Assembly: GCA_964016885.1 (NCBI GenBank)
Contig: OZ024743.1
Location: 293,136,001-293,200,000 of the forward strand
Length of the DNA: 64,000 bases
Source: Eledone cirrhosa
Lineage: Eukaryota
Reading direction: 5' to 3'
Each line of letters starts with the position of its first letter. Within the stretch, counting starts at the first letter, position 1. The notes under the pieces were generated by a model. It was given only the letters and a program-made list of their open reading frames with translations. It was not told the DNA's origin and did not search any database. A program made the position numbers and the translations under genes. Shown piece by piece: positions 24,983-42,509 of this stretch.

Positions 24983-26309
24983 ATACACATACACACACAC
25001 ACACGTGTATAAATTCACATATACGCGCACACAATCAGCTGAGACAATGCAAGGAGAATGAACCTAGTCTTTATTGCATTTTGATGAAAGTAACGAAGAT
25101 CGATTGATCTTATTAGATATCTACATTGAAACAGGTTGGCTAAACTAGAAATGGTTAAATATGTATATAGGTAAAGAGGAAACGAATTAAGCGAAGACCC
25201 ATGTGTGTGTGCGTGTGTGTGCAACAGAAATATTGCAAATACAGCGATAACTAGATGGGATAGTGACAACAAACGGTAAACATATAACAAACAAAAAATA
25301 CGATGAACTAGCGGCTAAATGTCAGATGTTTATCGAATATTTTCATAGTTCAAAACATTTAGACAGGACCCCACCGACCGTCGATATCAACAGTGTTATC
25401 GCTTGGGTATTTTACAGAATGAAACATTACAAATACATCTTGATGAAAATAATCAACACAAACGTCAAAAAAAATAATACGAACAAGTAATACATAAACA
25501 TAAAAGATACACAACTGATAAAGATAAAATGGTGTAAAACAGAACAAAGAGGAGACACAAAGTAATAAAAGTAGTCACTGGAGAGGTCAAGAATGTGTGA
25601 CGAAAGAACTATCCGATTATTGAACTAACTGACTGGAAATTATAATAATAATAAATTGAATTGAAACTCAAGCTGTGCGTGTTTTTATTGGCAGCATAAC
25701 CTTCCCAAGATAACAATATGATAGTATAATTATATAAAAGTAGTTAGTCTAAATATGTGCGTATACATTTGTGTACATATGTGTAAGACATCTCGCTAGG
25801 AGAATGTCACTGTGATATAAATCCTGCAACTTCGTTTGTATCCAATGATGTAGACCAGTTGTTCTTTTTGGGTAAATGCATTCCATGTTCAGAGAGTGTG
25901 ATTGGCCCCAGGCAAAGCCTTTCCTCACTTAAAAAAGGTGCAAGCATAGGCATCGCTTGATATGTGACATTTTCTGCGCTGCATGGTATTGCTGGCCATG
26001 GGCAAGTCCCTAGCAGGACTAAAAAGCTACGTCCGTGATGCTCATGCTTAAATATCGAGTTGCAGCCATCATATATATGTATATGTGGGAGTGTGCATTT
26101 GTGCATGTATAATATATATGCATGAGTGCATAGGTGTGTTTAGCAAAGTATTTATAAGATACAGGTATTTTTCAAAACATATCCATCAGTTTCATAGTGC
26201 TGTTACATTTATCTTCACCCATAATTTATTTCAACTTTTTACTAAGTACTGGTACTCCATCGATTCCGATGAAATGTTTTCCAGTTATTTTATGAAGGGA
26301 CAAGACAGC

Positions 26310-26560
26310 TGGTGAAATTAACATGAAGCCATGCTGGCTGAGTATTCCAAAAATATGCGTACCCTTAACGCAGTTCTCAATCAGATTCCGCGTGACAGTG
26401 TGTGACAAGAACTGCACGTCGAATTGCAGATACAATGCATTTTTGCCAACTGAGTGGATTAAAGCAAATGGAAAATAAAGTAGATTATTCAATGACACGA
26501 CGCATCGTCGGAAATCGAACTCATGACCTTGTGTTGTGAATCAATAAGCCATGCACCTTC
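26310..26560 (-). mobile_element. Decayed SINE with head related to 24740-24875 and body related to 10130-10200
   Basis: GAAATTAAC...GGCTGAGTATTCC; CTGAGTGGA...AAATAAAGT; AATCGAACTC. Confidence 0.6.
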
Positions 26561-27349
26561 ACCATATTTGACAAATAATTTCAAATTGTATATAAAACAT
26601 CTCAGTCTAGCGTTTCTTTCACGTCCTTTGGGGGATATATAGAACATAGAAATAATTCTTTTATATTCTTTGAACTGACATTAACTGTGACTTATTTTAT
26701 ACGAGTAATACTAATGAATACACAGATATTATGATAATGTATTTACAAATTGCGTCTTCAAAGAATCGTCAGAGAGTCGGATAGAACACCTTGTGTGTAT
26801 AATTTCTGGCCCGTTGCAGTCTTTGTTTAAATTCAACAGAAAACAATTTCACCTTTCATCCTTTCGTGCTCAATAAATAAAGTATCATATCAGGGCAGCG
26901 GGTTGACGGAATTGTTAAAGTGCCGAAAGAGATGACTAGCGCTATCCACTCTGGTGCATTGTGTCCTCAGTTCACATTCCACCTCGGTGCCGTTGATCAG
27001 AGTTAATACCTCGGCGACAGAATTATGCCGCCCAGTGCTTACTAGGCTATTGTCGTGTGGGCAAATAGGCTTAAAACTACCACAGTTACGCAGATTTCAT
27101 TCTGCAATATATCGAAAATGACTACCTGTTTAAATATAATTGGAATACATGATTCCTTGATACACTCAGGGTTATTAGAGGCATCTTTTTTAAACTGTAA
27201 CTTTGAAGTTGTAGATTCGCCGTCTTTTGGAATTTTAAACCTGGCAGAGGCCATTATCTCTCCAGGTCTGAATACAGCCGATTTCTTTCAGAATACGAAA
27301 AAGAGTGTAAGAGAGAGGTATGGAGAAAGAGATATAAAGGAAGGATAGA

Positions 27350-27507
27350 CCCCTCTACAAGACTTGTTCTTCTTTTATTGATTTCGAAAGGATGAAAGGT
27401 AAAGTTGACCTCAGCGGGATTTGAACTCTGGCAGTGCAGAGAGACGAAATAAATATCGCAAAGCATTCTAAATAACGTCTTAACGACTCTGCCAATTCGC
27501 CGTCTTG
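27350..27507 (-). mobile_element. SINE copy
   Basis: AAGGATGAAAGGTAAAGTTGACCTCAGCGGGATTTGAACTC...TCTGCCAATTCGCC. Confidence 0.78.
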
Positions 27508-27848
27508 TTAATACAGGCAGAGATAATGTGAACTATTCCTATTGATAATTGAAACAGAATCCTAAGATTGGAATCCAGGTTCAGGTGATTTCTCAAACAA
27601 CGATCTACCATAGTCCTTTACATCAAAGTGGCGACAGAAATATAGATAAATAACTAAGAGAGTGAATGAAAGAAAAGATAGAGATTATTATTATTAATTT
27701 CTTTTTTCATTTTTCTCTTTTTTCGCAATATGGGGATTATTGAAATATCGATTCTAAATGGACGCAGCAATCGAGTAACAATAAACTTCAAATCGTGATG
27801 CTCAACGAACAAGGAAATTGGAGGAACTGTATAAGACTAATATCAATA

Positions 27849-29190
<1,342 letters not shown>

Positions 29191-29368
29191 CAGTTCAAGA
29201 GTAACCAATCTTAAAGAGAGAGATGGAGATAGTAGAGGAGATATGAGAGGAGAGATTGGTGAGTTAGTTAGAAGCCAAAGCGTAAAGGCATGTGCTCAAT
29301 GTGCAATATGCAGAAGAAAGCAGCTAGGTGGCTGGGTTCATGCAGAAGTTAGGTGCGCAGAGCTGGAA

Positions 29369-30685
<1,317 letters not shown>

Positions 30686-30686
<1 letters not shown>

Positions 30687-33600
30687 AATGGCGACCGTTG
30701 TGGTCAGTGGCCGATAATCGGACGTGTGTAATTACGGCTTACATGAAGGCAACATACCATATATTGGAAAAAGTTGAGCTACATTACGCGGTAAGATTAC
30801 ATACAATAATTCTACATAAGTGTTTGAACTGTAAGTGTGTTGTAAAACACCTATTTATATGAACGATACATACACTTATGATATATGAACGATACATACA
30901 CTTTAACATATAAATGCAACGTTGTTATATTACATTTATAAAGAAATATTACATTTATATAAAACACAGCTGTAGAATTAAAAACTAACTGAAAAGAAAT
31001 ATTACTCAAGCTGTGAATAACTTTAAATTTGATTCTGACAGAACTTTGTCGTAACTTTTAAAGAAGATCATCGACTATTTTGAAAAATAAATACGAAATA
31101 TTAGTGAATAGACGAACTCATCATGGCAAAAAGTACAAGTCTCCTTCGACCAAATCGCAATTACAACCGTTGTACACAGTGGACCTACGAGCTTAACAAA
31201 GTATTATATGAAGCATACAAACAATCTGAACCCCAAAAGTTCGGTTTTATGCAAAGGCTAAAAACTTTATGGAACTCCAAACACCCAGAATTAGACTTTT
31301 CTCCAAAGCATTTAAATGAACAGGCAAAACGTATCATTAGATGTAAATTGATACATCTAACGGAATCGAGTGATACTACAAATACAGCCCTTGTAGACAA
31401 CCACCCCACCTCCACTGACAGACAAAGAGAATGGCCAGCTAAATCTAACAGTGAACAGCTCACCAACAATTTTGCTGAAATTCATCCCACTTCCACTGAA
31501 GAACAGCGAGAAAGGTCAGCTGACTCTAGTAGTAATTGTCACCACATCAACAACGAGGCTGAAATTCATGACTCTACTGAACAAACAGAGCACCAAAAAC
31601 TTGTGGGCTCCCTACAAGTGATATGGAATGATATGTTTCAAGAGATACACAGCCTTAATGTGAGTGACAGACCATACAACACTAGAGTCAGTAAAGAACC
31701 CACTAAATTGGAATTGGAAGCGGTGAACGAAATAGCTGGCAATTATCTGAAGGCTATACGATCTAAAGGTGTAGAAACGACATTTGAAACGCTTAATGTT
31801 TTGTTATATGTTTCAGCTGTCACATTGCTAGCATATAACACACATCTAAAACCACGCAACCAAGATACAAACAGAAAGCCTGAACCAGCGTGGATGCGAA
31901 ATTTAAAAGCCAAAATTTTGTCCCTGAGACGAAGTATCTCACACATCGCAGTCGTTATGAAATGCAACATAGAGAGAAACTTCACACAACACCAGGAAGA
32001 CCTAAAGAAAAAGTTAGAGAGAAGATTTGGAGATACAAAATTTAAAACTTTGAACTCCAAATTACACCAGTTGAAACAACAACTCACATCTACAACAGAA
32101 AGACTAAAATATAAGTCAACAGCACATAAACGACAAGTGCTAAATAGATTGTTTGCCAGAGATCCTAAATCAGTTTATCGCAGCTTCGGTGGCAAAAGCT
32201 CAATCTCTGTAAATGACACCCCTTCAAAAGAACAGGTTGAGAGCTACTGGAGATCTGTATGGGAAACGGATGACGGATTCAACAGACAAGCTAATTGGCT
32301 AAAAGAACTGGAACAGGACTACTGCCAACATGTCCAGACAAAACAATATGACATAGATGGGTCAATACTGGAAACAGCTCTACAGAAAATGTCGAATAGG
32401 AAATCGCCAGGCCCAGACCTCATTACAGGATACTGGTTGAAGAATTTCACTTTCTATCGGCAAGATCTCATACGGCTGTTTACAGAAACCATTAAGGGCA
32501 CACAAGAACTGCCCAGATGGTTATCAACTGCCTCTACTCTCCTCATTCCCAAAAATAGCCAAACCACCCTTGCTAAAAATTACCGCCCAATTGCCTGCCA
32601 AAACATCATGTATAAATTATATACTGGGTGCCTTAACCTGTTCTTACAGGATCACTGTGCTACCAACAACATCATAACACCTGAGCAAGCTGGTGGAAAG
32701 AGGGAGGTGTGGGGTTGCATAGATCACCTACTAACTAACAAAATGATTCAGGAAAAAACAACAAAGAATCGCAGAAACATGACTGTCGTGTGGCTGGACT
32801 ATCAAAAAGCATTTGATAGTGTACCTCATGGGTGGATTGTTAAGGCTTTACAGTTAGCTAAAGTCCCACAACCATTGGTAGCTGCTGTTGAACGCCTGAC
32901 CAAGAACTGGTACACCAGTTTGATCCTTAGAGGTGAGAAGGAGCAGGTTAAGACTGATAAGATACATTACCAGAAGGGCATCTTTCAGGGTGATAGCTTG
33001 TCAGTGCTACTCTTCGTTCTCTCACTGAATCCACTATCTTACCTACTCAGGAAACAAGGTCGACAAAGAAGTGGGACCAGAAGTATCTCCCATCTTTTCT
33101 TTGTTGATGACCTGAAGTTGTATGGGCCAAATATCAATGACATCAAAAAACAATTGGACCTCATTACACAATTTTCAACCGACATCAAAATGAAATTTGG
33201 TGAGTCCAAGTGTGCATATTTGGCAGTAAAACGTGGAAGAGCTGTGCCCTCCTCTAGAAATCTAGAGATGAACGGCCTGACAATACAACCTCTGCAGTCA
33301 GGTGACAACTACAGATATCTTGGACAGGATGAGAATGTCAGATATGATGGACCCATAAATAAGGAGAGAACCAGAACTGAATACCTCAGAAGAGTAAAGA
33401 AAATATGGTCATCAGAACTGTCAGCATACAACAAATACATTGCCCACAATACTTATGCTGTGCCAATTCTAACGCCAACATTTGGCCTACTGAACTGGTC
33501 ATTGCAAGAACTAAGTGAGATGGATGTTAGAACTCGAAAACTTCTCAGTGTTACTGGGAACTTTAACATCAATGGTGATATGGATAGGCTATACTTCTCA

Positions 33601-34695
33601 CGCAAGGAAGGTGGCCGGGGTCTAAAATCAATATTAACAACATATGAGACCCGGATAGTAACACTGAAGCAACACCTTCAACAGAGGAAAAAGGTTGGCA
33701 ACCATCTTGCCCAGGTTTATGACCATGAAAAAAGAAATATCATTAGAATAGCGACTGATCTGGAGGAGAGATATGGAATAAAGCCCGATATAAATCTCTC
33801 ACCCAGAGAAATCGGAAGATCCTATTCAATGTTCAAACAAGAAAAAAAAATTGACCAATTTACAGAAAAAGTTGTGCATGGATACTTGAGGCGTAAAACA
33901 CAGACCATAGAGGGGATAAACCACTCAAAAAGCCTGGCATGGAGTTCCGACAAGTTTATGACATCACACCTTGAGGGATATCTCTATGCAATACAGGAAC
34001 AAGAACTCCCTACCAAATATGTGCTGCACAAAAGAGGAGGGCCAGCAGCTGACAATAAATGTAGGCTATGTAAAACAAAGATCGAGGATGTAAGCCACAT
34101 TGTTGCCAGCTGCGAAAGAATGTCACCTCGCTACTACCACCCCATGAGACATGATGGGATAGCTAGAACCATCTGGAACGCACTTCGGAAAACAAAATTA
34201 ACAACAAACGAGGAGGAATATATTGAGACAGATGGCACTAAGGAATACTGGTGGAACCTGAAAATAAAAACTGCCACCAAATTAAAGCACAACCGGCCTG
34301 ATATTGTTGTTTGGGACCACACATTGAAAACGTGTTCTGTTGTGGAGATCAGCTGCCCACTTGTGTAAACGTTGTCAGAAAAATACAGGAGAAGGAGGAC
34401 ATCTACGGACCATTGATGAGGAGTTTACAAATCCAGTATCCAAGATACACCTTTAGCTTCATACCATCATTATTGGAGCTACGGGTTATATACCAACCCG
34501 CTTGAACTTGGATTTGCGGACAAAAAGCGCAGCTCCCTAATTCATAGTCTACAAATGGCTGCGATAGCTGGCACCTTCAAAATTTGCAAAACATTCTTGC
34601 GATTCAAAGGATGACAATCTCTTTTCTTTTACAACCTTGCCACCAGGAAGGTGGCCGGTCCAAAAAAATATACTCGAAACTAAGAGAAAGAGATA
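30686..34695 (+). mobile_element. Apparently full-length R4-clade (RLE) non-LTR retrotransposon, family A, flanked by (CATA)n/(TA)n
   Basis: ~440-nt leader shared with the copy at 53877; single ORF; short 3' UTR running into (CATA)n. Confidence 0.9.
31123..34614 (+). CDS. R4-clade polyprotein: Myb-like N-terminus, RT, CCHC knuckle, RLE; open for 1081 aa, then frameshifted near 34365-34500
   Basis: [49 protein letters not shown]...HIVASC, RHD, RPDIVV; tail ...[11 protein letters not shown] ends at 34614. Confidence 0.92.
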
Positions 34696-34833
34696 ACATA
34701 CATACATATATATATATATACATATATATAAATATACATACATATATATATATACATACATACATATATATATACATACATTCATATATATATAAATACA
34801 TATATATATATATATATATACATTCATACATAC

Positions 34834-34880
<47 letters not shown>

Positions 34881-34942
34881 TACATACATACATACATACA
34901 TACATACATACATGCATATATATATACATATATATATAAATA

Positions 34943-34992
<50 letters not shown>

Positions 34993-35118
34993 TATATATG
35001 TACAACTAAACAACCTACAACACCAGATATACATACATACACACATACATAAGTATTTATATATAAACATACATATATATTCAGACCTATACATATATAT
35101 ATACTTATGTGCGTGTGT

Positions 35119-35167
<49 letters not shown>

Positions 35168-35168
35168 T

Positions 35169-35220
<52 letters not shown>
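34695..35220. repeat. (CATA)n/(TA)n/(GT)n field
   Basis: Direct reading. Confidence 0.95.
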
Positions 35221-36199
35221 ATGTCGACATATAAGCCCCCGTATCAATAAATTGCACAGATATTACCAATAATCTTTATATCCATTTTACTTTGTTGTTA
35301 GGTAGAAGTCTTAAGCCCCAACGAACAGACGAAATACCAAAATTTTGCGTTAAATTTCATCCATCATTTTGCCATATCCCAGAATAGCATGTGACGTGAC
35401 TTTTTGGCAGTTCAATAAACTATAAAGAATTTGATGTGAATTGTTGGAGCATCTGGGGAAAGTTCTGGGATTAGTTGAAGCCCCATGTTACACAAGACTA
35501 TGTTACTATGTATGTACCATCTGAGGCTTTAGCAGCTGTCACTGAAAACACTTAAATTATGCGCTGCTAAGGCGGGGAGTGTAGATGGTTCATGCGACTG
35601 CTGTTTGAAATGTTGCATTCTTCAGATTTGAAGGGTTGCAATTAAAACAGACATCAGCTTAAAACAGAATACGTGGAGATTAGTGACGGATCCGCTTCGG
35701 CTCAAAACTGTTCAATAAAGAGCCAAAATCTTAATAACAGTAAGCATATTATTAAAGATCAATAATTTATTTTTCAGAAATATTATTTTTCAAACTTTAA
35801 TTAATCGTTTGTCCATATTATGACACAGCAAGCAATAATACAAATGAGCCATCCGGGTTTATAAAATAATCGATATAAAGCGTCGAAGCGTCGATGTGAG
35901 GCGTCGATAGAACTGCCCAAGGGAGTCGAAAAAGATTGGAGGTAGATAAGAGTGTCGATAAAATTCTGGGACAGAAGTTTTGAAACTGTATCATAACACA
36001 AATATGTGCCGCCAATAATTTCTAAGATTGTTATACCCATATTTGGCTGTGAAGTATAGTTTTGAGATCTGACAATGCTATGTATAATTTGATACGTGAC
36101 TGTTGACACCTGGCCTGATATTTAGTTGTTCATCTTTTAATTTTTTTAATTCTATGTTTCAAAAAAAGATTAAAAAATGTGTCACAATGTGTCACAGAA

Positions 36200-36360
36200 T
36201 ATCGATAGAGCGTCAGATACCATGTTATTGCCTTTTATATTCTGAGTTCAAATCACGCCGAGGTTAACTTTGCCTTTCTTCCTTGCCGGGTCGATAAAAT
36301 AACGCACCAGTCACGCACTGGGTTAATTGCTGGCCTTGTGCTAAAAGTAGAAACATTATT
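36200..36360 (+). mobile_element. SINE copy
   Basis: GAGTTCAAATCACGCCGAGG...ATTGCTGGCCTTGTGCTAAAAGTAGAAACATTATT. Confidence 0.8.
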
Positions 36361-36689
36361 AAAAGTTTTCCTCAATCTGGAAAGCTTTGCTGCAACGTCT
36401 ATAAAATCCAGGAGTCGAAAGTGCTTAAATTGAAATGTTGAAAAATAAACCTCATTTGGTCATTCCATGAAAGCATCTTGCTCAGCCTATGAACTTTTCA
36501 CCTGATGCTCGTATGAAGTGCAGGATAGCAGATTGCGTTTATTTTCTTTTAAATCTTATATTGAAAGCAATAAGGAATCAACATAAGTTTATGGTATGTC
36601 CCCCAACTGAAATAATTTAATCAAAATGTAAAACTTTGCTCAAAATGATAATGGCCCTATAGAGGAACAGCTGAGGAAAATGATGATCT

Positions 36690-37110
36690 CTAATTTAGGC
36701 AAAGCAAAGGGTCAGCACGTTTTGGGGAAAGGAAGAGGTGCTGCTTTTATCAACACTGGAAGGATAAAAGGCAAAATTCACTCGGCAGGATTTGAACTCA
36801 GAACGTAAAGATCCGGAATAAATTTCACAAAGCATTTATCCGACGCTCTAACGATTCTGCAATTTCACTGTCATAGTATATGAGCCAAATACTGAACGTA
36901 AAGTGTATTCAGTAATCTGTTAGTTGACTGTTCATTTATCGGTAATAATGGTTTCTGATTTAGACACAAGGGAAAATCAATTAATCGACCCCAGTGCATT
37001 ACTGGTACTTTATTTTATCGAACCCGTAAGGATGAAAGGCAAAGCAAAGTTCAGCAGGATTTGAACTCAGAACGTAAAGTGCCATAACTCTATGTCGCTA
37101 GGCATGTTGT
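36690..37110 (-). mobile_element. Two decayed SINE copies
   Basis: GGATTTGAACTCAGAACGTAAAG occurs twice with central-domain remnants. Confidence 0.75.
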
Positions 37111-37299
37111 GTTGCCATCATTTCATGGATATTGAGAATCGATAATTCTGCTGTCTGATCGGGAACAACCCTTGCAAAGAACCTACATGTATCACTTAAA
37201 AAACCCACCGAAGACGTAATCGTGCTCTCTCGCTCTTTCTCTCTCTCTCTCTCAAACGCACAAACCCTCTCTCCTTCTCTCTATCCCCCCTCTCCCTCT

Positions 37300-37364
<65 letters not shown>

Positions 37365-37699
37365 CTGACAAGCTTGGTATTATTTCCTTATAAAAATATA
37401 AAAATAATAAATAAATATGAGAGTTGACTGAAAACGTCATAGGCTAACCATGAAGGATTGGTGCTAGAGCTGTGAAATCTTGCATGCATTAATTTCAATT
37501 TTTCTAATCACTGCATTATTTTTTTCCAGGTTCAATGTTGAAAAATAAAACTCATTTTTAGACGACCCTCGTAAGAAATTTTTCATCGGTGTCAACCAAA
37601 ATTGAGTTGCCAGAATCATTTGGCTATTTCAATTATATTCTATATTCTTCTTGGCATAAATAGCGAATGCCACAGAGACCATCTGTAGGCAGAATAATT

Positions 37700-37740
37700 A
37701 TCTTCTGATGAAAATGTAATAATCTCTGAAACGTCTAAAT
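37700..37740 (+). ncRNA. Degenerate minimal hammerhead relic
   Basis: CTGATGA-aaatgtaataatctct-GAAAC GTC; core intact, stems I and II decayed. Confidence 0.35.
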
Positions 37741-38278
37741 GTAATATTTCTTTTTTTTCTGTGTGCTGAAGAAACAGTAAAAAATGGGTTTACACTTACT
37801 TCTTGTCATAGCGAGACTTCTAATTTAAAAAAAAAAAACAGTAGTTATATTTACATTAAATTACCTTCAAATGTTGTGCATGAATATTTATAATTTAAAA
37901 ATTTAATTTGCCAAACGAATGCATATTATGCAAACTAGACTGATTCTTTCAGTTAAGTTCTATTGTGTGCTTCACATAAAGAGAAACTTCGGCGGAGGTG
38001 TAAGATTACTTGTCTCATGATGAATGCTCCCCAAAAAGCTGTAAAATACATTAAATGCAATATTTTATTATTGCCTTATGTATGGAGAGACGAACTAAAG
38101 TGTGTTACCACTTGTTCAGTTTTACAGCTAGGCTTATTTAAAGAAAGTTATATCAAGATCAGGGCAGAGAGGGAGGAGATGTAAAGAGATAAATCGGTGA
38201 ATCGATGCAATTAATAATGTACTTCACTGAGGTTTTGGATAATACATAAGGTACATAAGGAATACAACTATGAATTAC

Positions 38279-38328
<50 letters not shown>

Positions 38329-38329
<1 letters not shown>

Positions 38330-38460
38330 TTTTTGGAACACTTCAAAAGGCATACTTGCTGGGAACAGCAAGAACTCTCCGATACGTCCTGAATATCTGA
38401 GGCTGCAGGTAGTGGCGTCATATTCATTTCAACAAACGTTCCAGTTAACTAACAACAATA
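38329..38460 (+). mobile_element. Severely 5'-truncated Dong/R4-like 3' stub between (TAA)n tracts
   Basis: Translates FGTLQKAYLLGTARTLRYVLNI*, the typical R4/Dong C-terminus. Confidence 0.75.
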
Positions 38461-38484
38461 ATAATAATAATATATTATTAATAA

Positions 38485-41400
38485 TTTCATTCTTAAGCCA
38501 CGCAATGCTCACATTAAGGAACCACTCATGATAATAACAATTTAAAAAACAACAAAAAAGAAAACCCCGCGACCAAGAAATACCGGGATGGCGGCCGGCG
38601 GGGAATAGCCGTGTCTCTAGGGGAGGACGACCCCTCTAGTCTTGGTTGACACTCGTCCTAGAAGTGGTAACACAAAATGATTACCCCTTGGCGGATAAGG
38701 ATAAAACGCGACAAAATAAAGTAAATGTCAAATGATAAAATCTCATACCGGATCGGCCGTCACCCGGGTCAAAAAGGGCCGCATCCCTCAGAGAGGAACC
38801 AGACTGGGGTCGAAAAATCAGCTAATGGTTCAAACCTTCCCATCACTTCGGAGCTGGAGACCTCCCATAACTGGAATACTCCTACTGTTGACCCTCCATG
38901 CTCACCACTAAGAAATCCAAAGAAAAAGAGAGAAAAATGGTCAAGGGAAGATAATAAAGAAGTCATTGAGGCTTTCTACACTGCCATGTACTACCCATCA
39001 AATAGATCGGATACAAAACAGACATATATCAATTGGAAAAAGAAACATCCCGAAAACAGAGGCTATATTGACAGTAACAAACTAGCCAATATACGAAGAA
39101 ATATTGTTAAAAGAAAGTTACTAACTGATAGAGAAATTGATCAGATAAAGCTATTAGCACAAAGTCAGCGAAGGGAAAATGAAACATGTGTCAGTGAAAA
39201 CGAGGTAAATTGTAACATTTCGAATCCCAGGGTTGGGGCGGAATCACTGACAACAGAACAAATTAAAGAAAGGATCGAAATGGTGGAGGGAGTGCATGCT
39301 CAAGATGAAACTCAAAATGAAAACAATGAGATCGTAAATGATAAAGAAATGAATGAGAATGAACTTGCCAACTTGAAGGATGAAATTATGATCGAATGGA
39401 TGAAAATGAAAGAATCTGACATGGGGGAACGAGACACCCTCCCTAAGATCCAGAACTCCAAACAGAACCAAAAGATAATACACAAGACTAACATAATTCT
39501 CAAAAACATTATCATCACAAACAAACTAAACATTACTAATTTAAATCATCTGTATTATTCATCGGCTAAAGTCACCACTCACTTATGTGCAGTGAAAATA
39601 AAAAAACAAATGAATTCCCACAAGAAATCTACTTGGCAAGAGAACATCAATCGCCAAATAAACCTTCTCTGATCTGACATAGAGATTTTAACAAACTACA
39701 AAGTAGGTGAACATGTTAAACAAACTAAACTTAGAAAATTGAAAAGAAAATACAATATAAAATCAACAAGTGACATAGACATACTGATAGAAATAATCAA
39801 GCAAAAAGTGTCGGCCAAAGCTGCTCGTATAAGGCGCTTTGAAAAACGATCTAGATTCTATAAGGAGAATAATATGTTCAAAAACAACCAAAGAAACTTC
39901 TACAGAAAAATTGGCAAGTCAACAATAATTGCTAAATCAATACCACCCAAGGAGGAAGTGCAAGAATTCTGGGAAAAGATTTGGGCCGAAGAAAAAGTTC
40001 ATAATATACATGCCCCATGGACAGACAGACAAATGAAAGATACAGCTCACCTTGAGGAACAAATATGGGAAAATATAACAGTTGAACAGTTGCGTTTGGC
40101 TCTTAGAAAAACCAACAAATGGAAATCCCCAGGAAAAGACGAAATACCAAATTTTTGGATAAATGCCTTCACAGAGTCTCATGAGCCGTTAGCCCAACTT
40201 TACAATGAATTAGTTAAGGAGCCAGAAAAGATACCATCATGGCTAGTTAACGGCATTACATTCCTGCTTCCGAAGAATGATGAAACAAACAATCCCAAAA
40301 ATTACAGACCAATAACTTGCTTGACCACAATGTATAAAATTTTAACATCAGTCCTAACTGAATATACATATGACACCCTGATAACAAATGACATATTTCC
40401 CAATGAGCAGAAAGGGTGTAAACGAGGCTCATGTGGCTGTAAGAATCAGCTTTTGGTTAACAAAATGATACTGGAAGATTGTCATAATAGACACAAAAAT
40501 CTATCAATTGCTTGGATAGATTATAAAAAAGCATTCGATAGTTTGCCACACAGTTGGATTGAAAAATGTTTAGAGATTTTCAAAATATCTCCCGTTGTCA
40601 AGAGGTTCTTGTCATTCAGTATGAAGACATGGGAAACGACACTCCTTTTGAATAGTGAAACAAAATCACTGGAAGCTGGAGAAGTTAATATTAATTGTGG
40701 AATTTTTCAGGGTGACTCTTTATCACCGCTTTTATTCTGCATCGCACTTATAGCATTAAGTAAAATGCTCAATGAAACAAAACATGGATATAAAGTCTGT
40801 GACAAAACCATTAATCACTTGTTCTACATGGATGACCTGAAACTATTTGCAAAAAATGATGAACAATTGCAAGGGCTATTATCCACTGTGGAGCAGTTCA
40901 GTGATGACATTAAAATGGAGTTTGGACTAGATAAATGCGCCAAAGCAACGTTCACCAGAGGGAAGCTGCTGAAAAGTTCAGACATTAATCTTGATCGGGG
41001 AATGTGATAAGAGAACTTGATCAAGGGGAAACTTACAAATATCTAGGTGTTTGTGAAGGAGACGGAATCAGGCACTCGACAATGAGGGAAAGGATAAGGA
41101 AGGAATGTTACCGCCGAGTAAGAGCAATCTTAAGAACGGAATTGAATGCAAGAAATAGGATCGATGCCATAAACACGCTTGCCATACGAGTAGTAACCTA
41201 CAGTTACAATGTCATCAACTGGTCAGGCACAGAGATCCGTAGGCTCGATACAAAAATTAGAAAATTCTTAACCATGCACAGAATGCATCACCCTAAGGCA
41301 GATACAGATAGAATATATCTCCCTAGGAAAGAAGGAGGACGTGGATTAATCCAGGTAGATATTGCGTTGAAAACTGCAACAATTAGATTATCTACATATC

Positions 41401-42509
41401 TAAGGGAATCACATGATTGAATGATCAAACGCGTTTCGAAACACGAAAGCATCAAAAGATCATACTCCATTACAAAAGATGCACACAGATACAGTAATGG
41501 ACTACAAATTTCAGAAGTTTCATTTACTGCTGAAATGAAAAACACAGAAAAAGCAAAGCAGGTAAAAGTAACTGCAAAGAAAGAACTGCTACAAAAACTG
41601 GCTAAGAAATGGCAAGAAAAGCCTCTGTATGGAAAACACCCAGAAAGAGCTAACAATCCTGATGTTGACAAAACTTTAACCCATCAGTGGTTGGCATCCT
41701 CTGGACTGAAATCGGAGACTGAAGGATTGATTATATCAGCACAAGATCAGTGTCTGCCAACAAAAAATTACCAAGCCAACATAATAAAAAAAATGGATGC
41801 AACCCATTATGCCGTGTGTGTAAAAAACAACCAGAGACCATTGAACATATAATTTCAATGTGCAGTCCTATAGCTCCAACCGAATACCTAAACAGGCATG
41901 GCAGAGCTGCACAATACATACATTGGATAATGTGTAAGCATTTTGACCTGCCCCATCAAAAGAATTGGTGGGAGCATCAACCACCTCCCATACCTGCAAA
42001 AGATCACATCTCAATCTTGTGGAACTTTAGCATCCAAACAGACCGAAAAATAGATGCAAATAGACGTGATATAATACTGAAGGACTTTAAAAGGAGGGTA
42101 TGCCTGCTAATTGATATGTCCGTTCCAATAGACAAGAATGTATCTATAAAAACATTTGAAAAATTGAGCAAGTATAAGGACCTGGAGATAGAAATTGGAA
42201 AAATGTGGAAATTGAGAACTAAAACAATACCAGTGGTTGTAGGCGCTCTAGGAATGAGACCTAAGGGGTCTAATGATTACTTATCGCAAATCCCAGGAAA
42301 CCCGCGTATTTGAGAAATACAAAAGATAGTACTAATGGGACTGCCCATATACTAAGGAAGATTCTGTCAATATAAGTACATCACAAGTCTAAACACCTAA
42401 AGATGCATGTGTGTGTATGTATGTTCTTTCTTGAACATGGCGGACCTTGTTGTCTCTTGAGGTCACTTGTTGATAACATGTATGAACATAAAGCAAGATA
42501 AATGCAACT

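Noticed and set aside
27042-27348. Non-repetitive short ORFs on both strands
   Set aside because: No recognisable domain; partly resembles the adjacent SINE flank
35380-35560. Possible Tc1/mariner transposase C-terminal relic
   Set aside because: Only faint similarity; no TIR or catalytic motif found
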